In this document: one piece after another, positions 19,787 to 29,619 of the stretch | How the letters are laid out: every line of letters begins with the position of its first letter | Position numbering within the stretch: the first letter of the stretch is position 1 | Assembly (NCBI GenBank): GCA_018433675.1 | Contig: JAHDQS010000015.1 | Location: 62,170-126,169 of the forward strand | Origin: Clostridia bacterium | GTDB taxonomy: Bacteria > Bacillota > Peptococcia > DRI-13 > SM3-B62 | Length of the DNA: 64,000 nucleotides | Direction of reading: 5' to 3' | Position numbers and translations under genes: made by a program | The notes under the pieces: generated by a model | The model's database searches: none | Told to the model about the DNA's origin: nothing | The model's input: the letters and a program-made list of their open reading frames with translations, nothing else

Positions 19787-20465
19787 CAGCTCGACTCCCG
19801 TGGCATCAGTTGCTTTGGTAGAGGACGGCTGTCTGAGGGGAGAAATAACCGTTAATATCGGTTTGACCCATTCCGAGCAATTACTGCCGCTAATAGATGA
19901 TTTGCTGGTGCAAACCAAGATGAAGTTACAAGATGTTACGGGGATAGCCGTTGCCAGTGGTCCCGGTTCCTTCACCGGATTGAGGATCGGTATGGCCACC
20001 GCCAAAGGGTTGGCTCAGGGGTGTCAAATCCAGCTGACCGGTGTGCCCACGCTTTTGGCCTTAGCTTATACGGTGGCCGGCTGCAATGGGCTCGTTTCTC
20101 CGGTGCTTAATGCTCGAAAACAGGAAGTTTATGCAACACTTTTCCGCTTCGGTGGGGAAAAAACAGAGCAGTTGATTCCTTATCAGGCTGTTTGCCCGCA
20201 GCAATGGGCAAAGGAGCTGTCTTCTTATGCGGAGCCTGTTGTGCTGGTGGGTGACGGAACGATGGTTTATGCCGATATTTGGGAGGAAGTCCTAGGGAAA
20301 AACGCCTTTCTTCCTCTTCCCGGAGTTTTGCAGGCAAGAGCGGCAACAGTAGCCTGGCTAGGGGAGAAAAGTTTGCGGGAAAAAGGCGCTGAAGATATAC
20401 ATAGCTTGAAACCGATGTATCTGAGGCCGTCGGAAGCGGAAGCACGGTTAAAAAAGCGGGGGTGA
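19767..20465 (+). CDS. tsaB: tRNA t6A37 biosynthesis protein TsaB
   Basis: LGIDSST...GPGSFTGLRIG motifs. Confidence 0.9.
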   Translation: MIVLGIDSSTPVASVALVEDGCLRGEITVNIGLTHSEQLLPLIDDLLVQTKMKLQDVTGIAVASGPGSFTGLRIGMATAKGLAQGCQIQLTGVPTLLALAYTVAGCNGLVSPVLNARKQEVYATLFRFGGEKTEQLIPYQAVCPQQWAKELSSYAEPVVLVGDGTMVYADIWEEVLGKNAFLPLPGVLQARAATVAWLGEKSLREKGAEDIHSLKPMYLRPSEAEARLKKRG

Positions 20466-20469
20466 TGAG

Positions 20470-20922
20470 TTGGGCTATTCTCTGAGGGCAATGAGAATGG
20501 ACGATATTCCCTGGATCGTTGAAATAGAAAAAAGGTCTTTTCCTACGCCTTGGTCCGCGTATGCCTTTTCTTGCGAACTGAGTGATAACGAATTTGCTCA
20601 TTATCTTGTGGCCACCCCGGAGGGGGACCCTGCAAAGGTTGTAGGATATGGAGGAATGTGGATAATTATTGACGAGGCTCATATTACTAATGTTGCGGTT
20701 GCACCGGATTATCGCGGTAAATCTCTGGGAACTTTTTTAATGAACGGTTTGTTTGCCGTAGCTAGGAAAAAAGGTGTTTTGCAAATGACACTGGAGGTAA
20801 GGATTACCAATTCAACCGCCAGGTCACTATATGAAAAGCTTGGTTTTGAAGCCGCGGGCATCAGACCAGGATACTATGTAGATACGCAAGAGGATGCGTT
20901 CATTATGTGGAAAAAGTTATAA
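20470..20922 (+). CDS. rimI: Ribosomal-protein-alanine N-acetyltransferase (GNAT)
   Basis: GNAT motifs (VAPDYRGKSLG) and conserved position between tsaB and tsaD. Confidence 0.85.
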   Translation: MGYSLRAMRMDDIPWIVEIEKRSFPTPWSAYAFSCELSDNEFAHYLVATPEGDPAKVVGYGGMWIIIDEAHITNVAVAPDYRGKSLGTFLMNGLFAVARKKGVLQMTLEVRITNSTARSLYEKLGFEAAGIRPGYYVDTQEDAFIMWKKL

Positions 20923-20955
20923 ATGGCAGAATGAAATGAAGGATGAGATAGAAAA

Positions 20956-21987
20956 ATGGCTAAACAAGAAATAATCCTTGCGGTTGAAACGAGTTGTGAT
21001 GAAACGGCGGCAGCAATCCTGGTAGATGGCAAGGAACTGCTTGCTAATGTCGTTGCCTCGCAAATAAAAATACATCAAAAATATGGCGGAGTTGTGCCCG
21101 AGATCGCGTCAAGGCATCATTTAGAACAAGTCAACATGGTGATTGAGATGGCTCTTGCCGAGGCGAAGCTGGGGTTTTCCAGCCTCAGTGGGATTGCGGT
21201 CGCTTATGGGCCGGGATTGGCGGGGGCCTTATTGGTAGGGGTGAATACTGCCAAGGCTTTGGCCTATAGTCTAGGACTACCCTTAATAGGCGTAAATCAT
21301 ATCGAAGGTCATATTTATGCTAATTGGCTCATCAGACAGGACATAGAGTTTCCGCTCGTCTGCCTGGTCGCCTCCGGCGGTCATACTCTGTTGGTGAAAA
21401 TGGAGGGGCATGGAGAGTATCTTCTTTTAGGGCAGACCCAGGATGACGCAGCAGGGGAGGCCTTTGATAAGGTGGCCAGGGTGATGGGTCTGGGTTACCC
21501 GGGGGGGCCGATGATTGACAAACTGGCCCAAAGAGGAAACCCTAAGGCTATCGAGCTGCCTAGAGCCTGGTTAGGTGCGGATAGTTTTGATTTTAGCTTC
21601 AGTGGTTTGAAAACGGCGGTATTGAATTATCTCAATAAGGCAGCCATGAAAAAAGAAGAGGTTGATAAGGCCGATCTTGCCGCAAGCTTTCAAGAAAGTG
21701 TTATCGAGGTTCTCGTCGAGAAGACAGTTCGTGCTGCCAATAAACACGGTGTCAAGACAATCCTGCTGGCCGGCGGAGTGTCTGCCAATACCGGACTGCG
21801 TGAACGTTTTAAAACAAGGTGCGAAGAGGAAAAGAAAACCCTTTACATTCCACCGATAGAATACTGCACGGATAACGCAGCCATGATTGCCGCTGCCGGA
21901 TATTATCGTTACATGGCAAAAGATTGGGCCGACTGGAGACTGAATGCGGTTCCGGGCCTAAAATTATGCGCCAAAATGGGAAATTAA
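20956..21987 (+). CDS. tsaD: tRNA N6-adenosine threonylcarbamoyltransferase TsaD
   Basis: [13 protein letters not shown] and GGVSAN motifs. Confidence 0.95.
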   Translation: MAKQEIILAVETSCDETAAAILVDGKELLANVVASQIKIHQKYGGVVPEIASRHHLEQVNMVIEMALAEAKLGFSSLSGIAVAYGPGLAGALLVGVNTAKALAYSLGLPLIGVNHIEGHIYANWLIRQDIEFPLVCLVASGGHTLLVKMEGHGEYLLLGQTQDDAAGEAFDKVARVMGLGYPGGPMIDKLAQRGNPKAIELPRAWLGADSFDFSFSGLKTAVLNYLNKAAMKKEEVDKADLAASFQESVIEVLVEKTVRAANKHGVKTILLAGGVSANTGLRERFKTRCEEEKKTLYIPPIEYCTDNAAMIAAAGYYRYMAKDWADWRLNAVPGLKLCAKMGN

Positions 21988-23741
21988 TGATATACTGTTT
22001 TTATCCGTTAACCAATTCAAGGGAGGGAAAGGATATTACTATTAAAGACTCAACGGCGTTACCAACAAATTTCATACAAAGTATAATTAATGAGGATAAT
22101 GCTATAGGACAATACGGTGGTAGGGTGCATACTCGCTTCCCGCCCGAGCCGAATGGTTATTTGCATATCGGACATGCAAAATCCATTTGTTTGAATTTTG
22201 GTATTGCCCGTTCAAATAATGGCCTGTGCAATCTGAGGTTTGACGATACCAATCCCAGCAAAGAGGATTTGGAATACGTCGAATCGATTCAGGAAGACAT
22301 CAGATGGCTCGGTTTTGATTGGGAAGACCGCCTTTACTATGCCTCGGATTACTTCGAGCAGTTGTACGAATTTGCGCTGCGATTGATAAAAAGCGGTAAG
22401 GCCTACGTCTGCGACCTGAGTGCGCAAGAAACCAGGGAGTATAGGGGTACTTTAACAGAGCCAGGAAAAGACAGTCCCTATTGCAACAGAACGGTTGAGG
22501 AAAACCTTGAGCTTTTTGCGAAGATGAGGGCAGGGGAGTTTCCGGACGGAACTCGTGTACTGAGGGCGAAGATAGACATGTCGTCTCCTAACCTTAATAT
22601 GCGAGACCCTGTTCTTTACCGTATCTTAAGGGCGTCGCACCATAGAACAGGCAACAAATGGTGCATTTACCCCATGTACGATTTTGCTCATCCTCTTTCC
22701 GATGCTATCGAAGGGATCACACATTCCATTTGTACCCTGGAATTTGAAGATCACAGGCCTTTATACGATTGGGTGGTAGAAAATGTAGGGTTTAAAAGTT
22801 CTCCCAAACAAATAGAGTTTGCCCGTCTTAATCTGAGCCGGACAGTGATGAGTAAGAGAAAACTGCGGGAGCTGGTGGAAAAAGGTCATGTCGGCGGTTG
22901 GGACGATCCAAGGATGCCGACGGTTTCCGGGTTGAGGCGACGTGGATACACGCCGGAATCCATCCGCGATTTCTGTGAAAGGATTGGAGTTGCCAGAAGT
23001 AACAGTGTGGTGGACATTTCGTTGTTAGAGCATTGCATCAGGGAAGATTTAAATAGCAAGGCTTTTCGCGTTATGGCAGTCTTAAAACCCTTGCGGGTGA
23101 TAATAGATAATTATCCGGAAGGGATGAGCGAAGAGCTTAGTGCTGAGAATAATCCGGAGAATCCTGAAATGGGCGAGCGCAAGCTCCTGTTTTCCAGGGA
23201 GTTGTTTATCGAACAGGAGGATTTCATGTTAGAGCCTCCCAAAAAATTCTTTCGCCTGGCCCCCGGTCGCGAGGTGCGGCTGAAGAATGCTTATATCATT
23301 AAGTGTGAAAGTGTTGTCACAGACGAAAAAACAGGAGAGGTTTTGGAGGTCCATTGTACCTACGATCCGCAAACAAAAAGCGGTTGTGACAACAGCGGCA
23401 GGAAGGTAAAAGGCACACTGCATTGGGTTGCGGCGAAAAATGCCGTGCAGGCCGAGGTGCGGCTGTATGATTACCTCTTTCTCGAAGAAGGTGCTGAAGA
23501 AGAATCAGGTGGACAAAACGAGCTCGAGGCGCGTTTGAATCCCCAGTCGCTGAAGGTATTAGCCAATTGTATGGTTGAGCCAAGCCTCAAGGAAGCAGTA
23601 CCGGGTAAAAAATATCAATTTATGAGACAGGGCTACTTTGTTGTTGATCCCGACAGCAAAGGAAATGTTCCCGTATTCAATCGCATTGTATCCTTACGCG
23701 ATACTTGGGCTAAGGTTAAAGATAAAGAAAAGAAAAACTAA
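21987..23741 (+). CDS. glnS: Glutamine--tRNA ligase
   Basis: HIGH ([14 protein letters not shown]) and VMSKR motifs. Near-collinear with E. coli GlnRS from PTNFI onward. The start is uncertain: ATG at 21987 (TAATG overlap with tsaD) or ATT at 22035, 8 nt after GGAGG. Confidence 0.95.
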   Translation: MIYCFYPLTNSREGKDITIKDSTALPTNFIQSIINEDNAIGQYGGRVHTRFPPEPNGYLHIGHAKSICLNFGIARSNNGLCNLRFDDTNPSKEDLEYVESIQEDIRWLGFDWEDRLYYASDYFEQLYEFALRLIKSGKAYVCDLSAQETREYRGTLTEPGKDSPYCNRTVEENLELFAKMRAGEFPDGTRVLRAKIDMSSPNLNMRDPVLYRILRASHHRTGNKWCIYPMYDFAHPLSDAIEGITHSICTLEFEDHRPLYDWVVENVGFKSSPKQIEFARLNLSRTVMSKRKLRELVEKGHVGGWDDPRMPTVSGLRRRGYTPESIRDFCERIGVARSNSVVDISLLEHCIREDLNSKAFRVMAVLKPLRVIIDNYPEGMSEELSAENNPENPEMGERKLLFSRELFIEQEDFMLEPPKKFFRLAPGREVRLKNAYIIKCESVVTDEKTGEVLEVHCTYDPQTKSGCDNSGRKVKGTLHWVAAKNAVQAEVRLYDYLFLEEGAEEESGGQNELEARLNPQSLKVLANCMVEPSLKEAVPGKKYQFMRQGYFVVDPDSKGNVPVFNRIVSLRDTWAKVKDKEKKN

Positions 23742-23753
23742 AGGGAACAGAGA

Positions 23754-23795
23754 AAAGCCCGCATCTATAGGAGTTCTCCGCTAGATGTGGGCTTT
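23754..23795. terminator. Terminator between convergent glnS and ilvA
   Basis: 14-bp stem AAAGCCCGCATCTA/TAGATGTGGGCTTT (one G-U pair). Confidence 0.6.
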
Positions 23796-23820
23796 AAACG
23801 GGTAAGTACTGTAGCATTGT

Positions 23821-25077
23821 TCAAACTAGAAGGTTAAAGAGCTCCTGATTATCGTTGATGACCGTGTACTGGATACCCTTTTGTTTCATTTTCCCAATAA
23901 TAAGGTCGTAATCGTTTCTGTTGTTAAGCTCTATCCCGACAAGAGTAGGGCCCTTTTCTTTGTTGTTAGACTTGGTATACTGAAAATGTGCAATGTCGTC
24001 ATTGGGACCTAAGACCTCTACCACAAATTCTTTCAGAGCGCCGGGGCGTTGGGGGAAATTAATCAGGAAATAGTGTTTGAGACCTTCATGGAGCAAAGAT
24101 CTTTCTTTGATTTCCTGAGTCCTTTCGATGTCATTATTACCTCCGCTTATGATACAGACAACATTTTTACCCTTGATTTTATCCCTATAGTAATCTAAGG
24201 CGGCAACCGGAAGGGCTCCGGCCGGTTCAACAATAACGGCACTTTCATTGTACATTTCCAGGATTTTAGTGCACACATGTCCCTCAGGTATGACCACAAT
24301 GTCGTCAACAACCTTCTTGCAGATTTGGAAGGTAAGTTCTCCGGCAGTTCTGACGGCCGCTCCATCGACAAATTTATCTATTGTCTTGAGGGTCACCGTT
24401 TTATTCTTTTCAAAAGACCTTTTCATCGCGCAAGCGCCGGCAGGTTCAACTCCGATGACTTTTGTGTGCGGGCTGATGTTTTTGATATATGTTCCGACGC
24501 CCGAGGTTAATCCACCTCCACCGATTGTCGAGAAAACGTAATCTACTTCATCCTCCATGTCATTCATAATTTCTATGCCGATGGTTCCTTGCCCGGCGAT
24601 GATTCTAAGGTCGTCAAAGGGGTGGACAAAGGCTGCGTTTTCTTCTTTACATAAATTTTGAGCCTGTTGGGCGGCATCATCGAAAGTGTCCCCTGTCAGG
24701 ATGATTTCAACGAATTCCCCGCCAAAGCGCTTGACCTGGTCGATTTTCTGTTTGGGTGTCGTAAAAGGCATAAAGATTTTCCCCCGTATACCCAATGCTC
24801 TGCAGGAATAGGCCACCCCTTGGGCGTGATTGCCGGCGCTGGCGCATACCACGCCATTTTGAATGGCTTCCTGCGGCAGGTCTTGGATTAAGTTGTAAGC
24901 GCCTCTGATCTTGAAGGATCTGACGATCTGCAGATCTTCTCTTTTTAAGAAGACATTGCATTGGTATTTCTCCGAGAGAATGTCGTTCTTTTGCAAAGGG
25001 GTGTTGACAACAACATTTTTTAGCGCTTGGGCTGCTTTTAAAATCTCCTGAATAGTTAGTTCACACAAATTAATCAA
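23821..25077 (-). CDS. ilvA: Threonine ammonia-lyase (biosynthetic threonine dehydratase with C-terminal ACT-like domain)
   Basis: FKIRGA PLP-lysine motif. Collinear with B. subtilis IlvA. Start is TTG at 25077 or, better spaced from GGAG, TTG at 25068. Confidence 0.95.
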   Translation of the reverse strand: MINLCELTIQEILKAAQALKNVVVNTPLQKNDILSEKYQCNVFLKREDLQIVRSFKIRGAYNLIQDLPQEAIQNGVVCASAGNHAQGVAYSCRALGIRGKIFMPFTTPKQKIDQVKRFGGEFVEIILTGDTFDDAAQQAQNLCKEENAAFVHPFDDLRIIAGQGTIGIEIMNDMEDEVDYVFSTIGGGGLTSGVGTYIKNISPHTKVIGVEPAGACAMKRSFEKNKTVTLKTIDKFVDGAAVRTAGELTFQICKKVVDDIVVIPEGHVCTKILEMYNESAVIVEPAGALPVAALDYYRDKIKGKNVVCIISGGNNDIERTQEIKERSLLHEGLKHYFLINFPQRPGALKEFVVEVLGPNDDIAHFQYTKSNNKEKGPTLVGIELNNRNDYDLIIGKMKQKGIQYTVINDNQELFNLLV

Positions 25078-25096
25078 CTCCTACAATAATGTTTGC

Positions 25097-25447
25097 AAAA
25101 AAAAACTCGCCCTTATGAATATGCACACAAGCATCATAAGGACGAGAGGTATCCTCGCGGTACCACCTTAATTTTTCGTCGATTTGCACCGACGAACTCG
25201 ACAGGTCGCAGGCAAAAAGCCGTAAACCCCGGCCGGTTAACGGTGGCCGCGCCTGTTAGGACAGGCTGCCGGTTGTATTTACGCAAGCGGTGATCTAATA
25301 CCACTCATTTCGATACAACGGTTCGGGAATGATCATTTCATGCTCGTATATTGCCGACTTTCAGCTTTTGCCGGCTCTCTGTACATAAAGAGGAGCACTT
25401 TTCTTTCCGTCGAAACCTTTAAGAGTTATTTATCCTAAATACGATTA
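25097..25447 (-). promoter_or_regulatory. T-box riboswitch leader of ilvA (probable Ile/AUC specifier)
   Basis: The minus strand reads AATTAAGGTGGTACCGCGAGG (T-box motif, 25149-25173). The terminator is CTCGTCCTTATGA...TCATAAGGGCGAG plus T9 (25097-25146). Stem I carries AGAGAGCCGG...GCTGAAAG distal motifs. The specifier-loop candidate is GAAAUG-AUC-A (AUC at 25331-25333). Confidence 0.85.
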
Positions 25448-25453
25448 TCAAAT

Positions 25454-25482
25454 ATAATACAGGAGGAAAGTGTTTTAGTCAA
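25454..25482 (-). promoter_or_regulatory. Putative sigma-A promoter driving the ilvA T-box leader
   Basis: Minus strand reads TTGACT, a 17-nt spacer, then TATTAT. Confidence 0.6.
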
Positions 25483-25597
25483 TTGGTTTTAAAAATAAAT
25501 TTTTTTTAACAATTTAGACATGATGTATGCCGCAAAAATAGAAAAACATGTTGTGGTATATAATACTAAAAGAATCTGATGAAGGGGAGATAATGCT

Positions 25598-26557
25598 ATG
25601 AAAAAAATCGCGGTTTTAACCAGTGGGGGCGATGCGCCCGGCATGAATGCCGCTATCCGCGCTGTGGTGCGGACCGCCATTTATCACGGTCTGGAGGTAT
25701 ATGGTGTCAAAAGGGGTTATGCAGGTCTGATAAACGGCGATTTTATCGAGATGGGATTAGGCTCGGTCGCCGATATCATCCATCGCGGGGGTACAATATT
25801 ACAGACAGCCCGTTGCGAAGAATTTCGCTCCCCAGAGGGCAGGAAAAAGGCCTTGGAATATATGTATGAAAAAGAAATAGAGGCTTTAATAACCATTGGT
25901 GGAGACGGCACCTTTCGCGGAGCACTTGAGTTGAACAAAATGGGAATGCCTGTAGTGGGAATACCGGGTACGATCGATAATGATATTCCTTGTACAGATA
26001 ATTCGATCGGATTCGATACGGTTGTAAATACCGTACTGGATGCGATAAACAAAATCAGGGATACCGCTACTTCCCATGAAAGGGTCTTTGTAATAGAGGT
26101 AATGGGAAGAAACTCGGGAGAGATCGCATTAGCCGCAGGGCTGGCCGGCGGGGCAGAGTCACTGCTTTTGCCGGAGATTGAGTTAGATCTTAATATGGTG
26201 GCGGAAAATGTTAAAAGGGGGATGGCAAGGGGCAAGCGCCATAGTATCATCTTATTGGCCGAGGGTGTGGCCCACAGCATGGAGATAACAGAGGAACTCA
26301 GTAAGCTTACAGGTCTGGATACCCGCCTTTCCATTCTCGGATATATTCAAAGAGGCGGTTCACCTACCGCCCTGGACCGTATTTTAGCCAGCCGTATGGG
26401 CTCCGAAGCCGTAAAAAGAATACTGCGGGGAGAAAAAGGGATTATGATGGCGGTTTCCGGGAACGAAATTAAAGGTATTGAACTTGAGAGTATTATAAAC
26501 AGGAAGAAGCAGTTGAATTACGACGATTATCGTTTAGCCTCGATTCTATCTATTTAG
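25598..26557 (+). CDS. pfkA: ATP-dependent 6-phosphofructokinase
   Basis: MKKIAVLTSGGDAPGMNAAIRAVVR, GGDGT and PGTIDND motifs. Confidence 0.95.
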   Translation: MKKIAVLTSGGDAPGMNAAIRAVVRTAIYHGLEVYGVKRGYAGLINGDFIEMGLGSVADIIHRGGTILQTARCEEFRSPEGRKKALEYMYEKEIEALITIGGDGTFRGALELNKMGMPVVGIPGTIDNDIPCTDNSIGFDTVVNTVLDAINKIRDTATSHERVFVIEVMGRNSGEIALAAGLAGGAESLLLPEIELDLNMVAENVKRGMARGKRHSIILLAEGVAHSMEITEELSKLTGLDTRLSILGYIQRGGSPTALDRILASRMGSEAVKRILRGEKGIMMAVSGNEIKGIELESIINRKKQLNYDDYRLASILSI

Positions 26558-26663
26558 GCAGGACAGTAAAAAATACTGTAAAAAGGACTGTCCAACTCTC
26601 CTTTGATTTATGATATACTTTAATATGTTAATTACCTCCATAATACCTTAAAGGAGTGATGGG

Positions 26664-29429
26664 ATGTTCGAACAGCATAAAAACACCGGGCATATGGAAA
26701 ATATCAGTAATATTAACTGGCGGGGATTATTTACACCAAAAAGGATAATCATAGCCTTACTGATACTTGTATTTATATTTGCACGTTTCTTTATTACCCT
26801 CAAGCTTGACTTGACTTGGTTTGATGTATTGGGGTACGGTTCGGTTTTTTGGCGTAATTTTTATGCTAAACTGACTATTGGCGGTGCGATATTCATAGCC
26901 GCTTTCTTACTCAATTTGGTGAATATGATTCTGATTTTCCGACTGGCCAAAAAACCTTTAAAGAAAATGATTGCCGTGCCGGTGGCTTTTATTACTGCCG
27001 CGATTGTGGTCGGTAATTCAGGAGAATTATGGCTGGCCATACTCAGGACGTTCAATGCGGTGCCTTTTGGGTTGGCGGACCCGCAGTTTGGGATAGATAT
27101 AGGTTTTTACGTATTCAGGATGCCGATTTATTGGTTGCTATACCGCCTTGTGACAACCTGGTTGGTGGTTAACCTTATCGTTGCGGTTGGTTTTTATATT
27201 TTACTATTGCCGCGCAACGTGGAAATCACCGCTCAGAACATCACCTCTCGCATCATCACCATTGTTGAAAAGCGAGGCATTTCTCATATCGGCGTACTGC
27301 TGGGTTTGCTCATTGCTTCTCAGGCTGTGCAATACAAGCTTGCGACATATGAACTCCTTTATTCACAGACCGGCTCCGTGATTGGCGCCGGTGCAGCCGA
27401 CATTGGTGCGAGAATGCCTGCATATTCTATTATGATGGTCTTAGCACTGTTGGTGGGAGGTTTCATAGTCATCACCTTCCGTAAAAGAATAAGGATAGCA
27501 CTCTTTTCTATTCTGGTATTTTTTCTTTGCAGTGTCCTTATTACGGGAGTTTATCCGGGTCTCTATCAGAAATTTGTAGTCGATCCCGAAGAACTGGACA
27601 GAGAGTTGCCTTATTTAGAACGTAACATCGAATACACCAGGCTGGCCTACGGGATTGACGATATGAAGGAAGAAGAATACCCCGTAGGGGAGTTAGCGCT
27701 GGAAGATATTGAGGAAAACGATGAGATCATCAACAACATCAGATTGTTGGACCATCGTGCGACAAACAGCACCTTTGGCCAACAGCAGGAGATCCGCTCA
27801 TATTTTGATTTTATTGATGTGGATTCCGACAGATACGTTATTGACGGTAAGCTTACACAAGTGATGCTTTCTGCCCGGGAAATGAACCAGAAAGCCTTGA
27901 CGGAGCAAGCCCAAAACTTTAACAATCAGATGTTTAAATATACCCACGGTTTTGGTTTGGCCATGAGCCCGGCCAATGCTATTACGGCTACAGGCTTGCC
28001 GGAGTATTTCATAAAGGATATACCCCCTCAGTCGACGTTGTTTCAGGTGAAGGAGCCGCGGATTTACTACGGCGAAGCTTCTAATGAGAATGTCATTGTT
28101 AAAACGGGATTATTGGAGTTCGATTATCCTGAGGGTAACGACAACCAGGAATACTATTACGAAGGCGGGCAAGGTATGCCCATGACTTTTCTGAATAGAG
28201 TCTTGTTCACAATTCGAGACGTGCAGTTTAAGTATCTGTTATCAAGCTATATCACCTCAGAAAGTCTGTATTTGGAGACAAGAAACATTAAAGAAAGAGC
28301 CCACAGAATTGCTCCCTTCTTGCTCTATGACGGTGACCCTTACCTGGTCTTAGGCGAAGACGGTAAACTGTATTATATGATGGACGCCTATACGACAACG
28401 GAAAGGTATCCATACTCCCAGGCTATTGAACCGGGACGTTACAATTATTTGCGTAATAGTGTTAAGGTCGTAATTGATGCCTATTCAGGTGATATCGACT
28501 TTTACGTTTTCGATGAGGATCCTATCATCAAAGTCTATGGCAACATTTATCCCGAGCTGTTTAAGGAAGCCGCTGAAATGCCTGCTGATTTGAAAAAGCA
28601 TGTCAGGTATCCGATAGATTTACTAAATATACAGTCCTACATGCTGCGCGATTATCATATGAGTAACCCAACCGTCTTTTATAACAGGGAGGACAGATGG
28701 GAGATCGCTCAGGAGAATTATGCCGGAAAGCAAATAACACAGGAACCGTATTACAGTATTATTCGACTCCCGGGAGAAGAAAATTCGGAATTTGTCCTGA
28801 TGCGTGTCTTTACACCGATCCGTAAACAGAATATGGTGGCATGGCTGGCCGGAAGGTCGGACGGTGATAATTACGGCAAACTGCTGTTGTACAAATTTCC
28901 TAAGGGTGAACAGGTGCAGGGTACTAATCAGGTTGAGTCATTGATAGACCAGGATCCGGATATCTCCGGGCAATTGTCCCTCTGGGCCCAAGGGGGTAGT
29001 AACGTAATCAGAGGAAACCTGCTGGTTTATCCGATAGCTAATTCTCTGTTGTATGTTGAGCCTTTGTATATCGAAGCCGAACAAAACAAGTATCCGCAGT
29101 TGAAAAAAGTATTTGTGCTCTACCAGGATAAAATTGTGATGGAGGACAACCTTGAGCAGGCTTTAACCAGTTTGTTCGGGGAAAGCACAAAAAACAGGGA
29201 CGATACAAAGCCTCCGACTATTATCGATATTAACGAAAATCCAGATAGCATCCTTAAAAGGCTTGTTGATTTAAATAGGCAGGCTATGGAGAAACTGAAG
29301 GAAGGTGACTGGGAGTCCTTTGGTTCACTGCAAAAGGAGATTGATGATTTGCTTAATCTCTGGGAGGAAGGCCAACAAGAAGTAGTTTCCTTGGAAAACG
29401 GAGAACCGGAAGCCGGAACCCAGGAATAA
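26664..29429 (+). CDS. UPF0182-family large membrane protein (function unknown)
   Basis: 921 aa with about 7 N-terminal TM helices and a large extracytoplasmic domain. Sequence character matches the UPF0182 family (COG1615), e.g. ...LLVYPI..SLLYVEPLY.... Confidence 0.75.
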   Translation: MFEQHKNTGHMENISNINWRGLFTPKRIIIALLILVFIFARFFITLKLDLTWFDVLGYGSVFWRNFYAKLTIGGAIFIAAFLLNLVNMILIFRLAKKPLKKMIAVPVAFITAAIVVGNSGELWLAILRTFNAVPFGLADPQFGIDIGFYVFRMPIYWLLYRLVTTWLVVNLIVAVGFYILLLPRNVEITAQNITSRIITIVEKRGISHIGVLLGLLIASQAVQYKLATYELLYSQTGSVIGAGAADIGARMPAYSIMMVLALLVGGFIVITFRKRIRIALFSILVFFLCSVLITGVYPGLYQKFVVDPEELDRELPYLERNIEYTRLAYGIDDMKEEEYPVGELALEDIEENDEIINNIRLLDHRATNSTFGQQQEIRSYFDFIDVDSDRYVIDGKLTQVMLSAREMNQKALTEQAQNFNNQMFKYTHGFGLAMSPANAITATGLPEYFIKDIPPQSTLFQVKEPRIYYGEASNENVIVKTGLLEFDYPEGNDNQEYYYEGGQGMPMTFLNRVLFTIRDVQFKYLLSSYITSESLYLETRNIKERAHRIAPFLLYDGDPYLVLGEDGKLYYMMDAYTTTERYPYSQAIEPGRYNYLRNSVKVVIDAYSGDIDFYVFDEDPIIKVYGNIYPELFKEAAEMPADLKKHVRYPIDLLNIQSYMLRDYHMSNPTVFYNREDRWEIAQENYAGKQITQEPYYSIIRLPGEENSEFVLMRVFTPIRKQNMVAWLAGRSDGDNYGKLLLYKFPKGEQVQGTNQVESLIDQDPDISGQLSLWAQGGSNVIRGNLLVYPIANSLLYVEPLYIEAEQNKYPQLKKVFVLYQDKIVMEDNLEQALTSLFGESTKNRDDTKPPTIIDINENPDSILKRLVDLNRQAMEKLKEGDWESFGSLQKEIDDLLNLWEEGQQEVVSLENGEPEAGTQE

Positions 29430-29516
29430 TGTATACATGCGAAAAAGTCCTTGCCGGATTAAAAATATTGTGTTAGCCTAATAGCAAGGAAAAGTTAATT
29501 ATCGTTTGAGGGCAAA

Positions 29517-29563
29517 GGCGTTCTCATAAAGATTACTCGTAATCTTTTGAGACGCCTTTTTTT
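29517..29563 (+). terminator. Intrinsic terminator, 57 nt upstream of the glutamine synthetase start
   Basis: About 17-bp stem GGCGTTCTCATAAAGATTAC/GTAATCTTTTGAGACGCC (two bulges) followed by T7. Confidence 0.75.
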
Positions 29564-29619
29564 GTTCTACTTTCAAAAAGCAGAACAGTAGCACCGAACG
29601 GTGGAAAGGGGTATGGAAG

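Noticed and set aside
25093-25293. 66-aa plus-strand ORF upstream of ilvA
   Set aside because: It lies entirely within, and antisense to, the T-box leader and its terminator. It has no SD.
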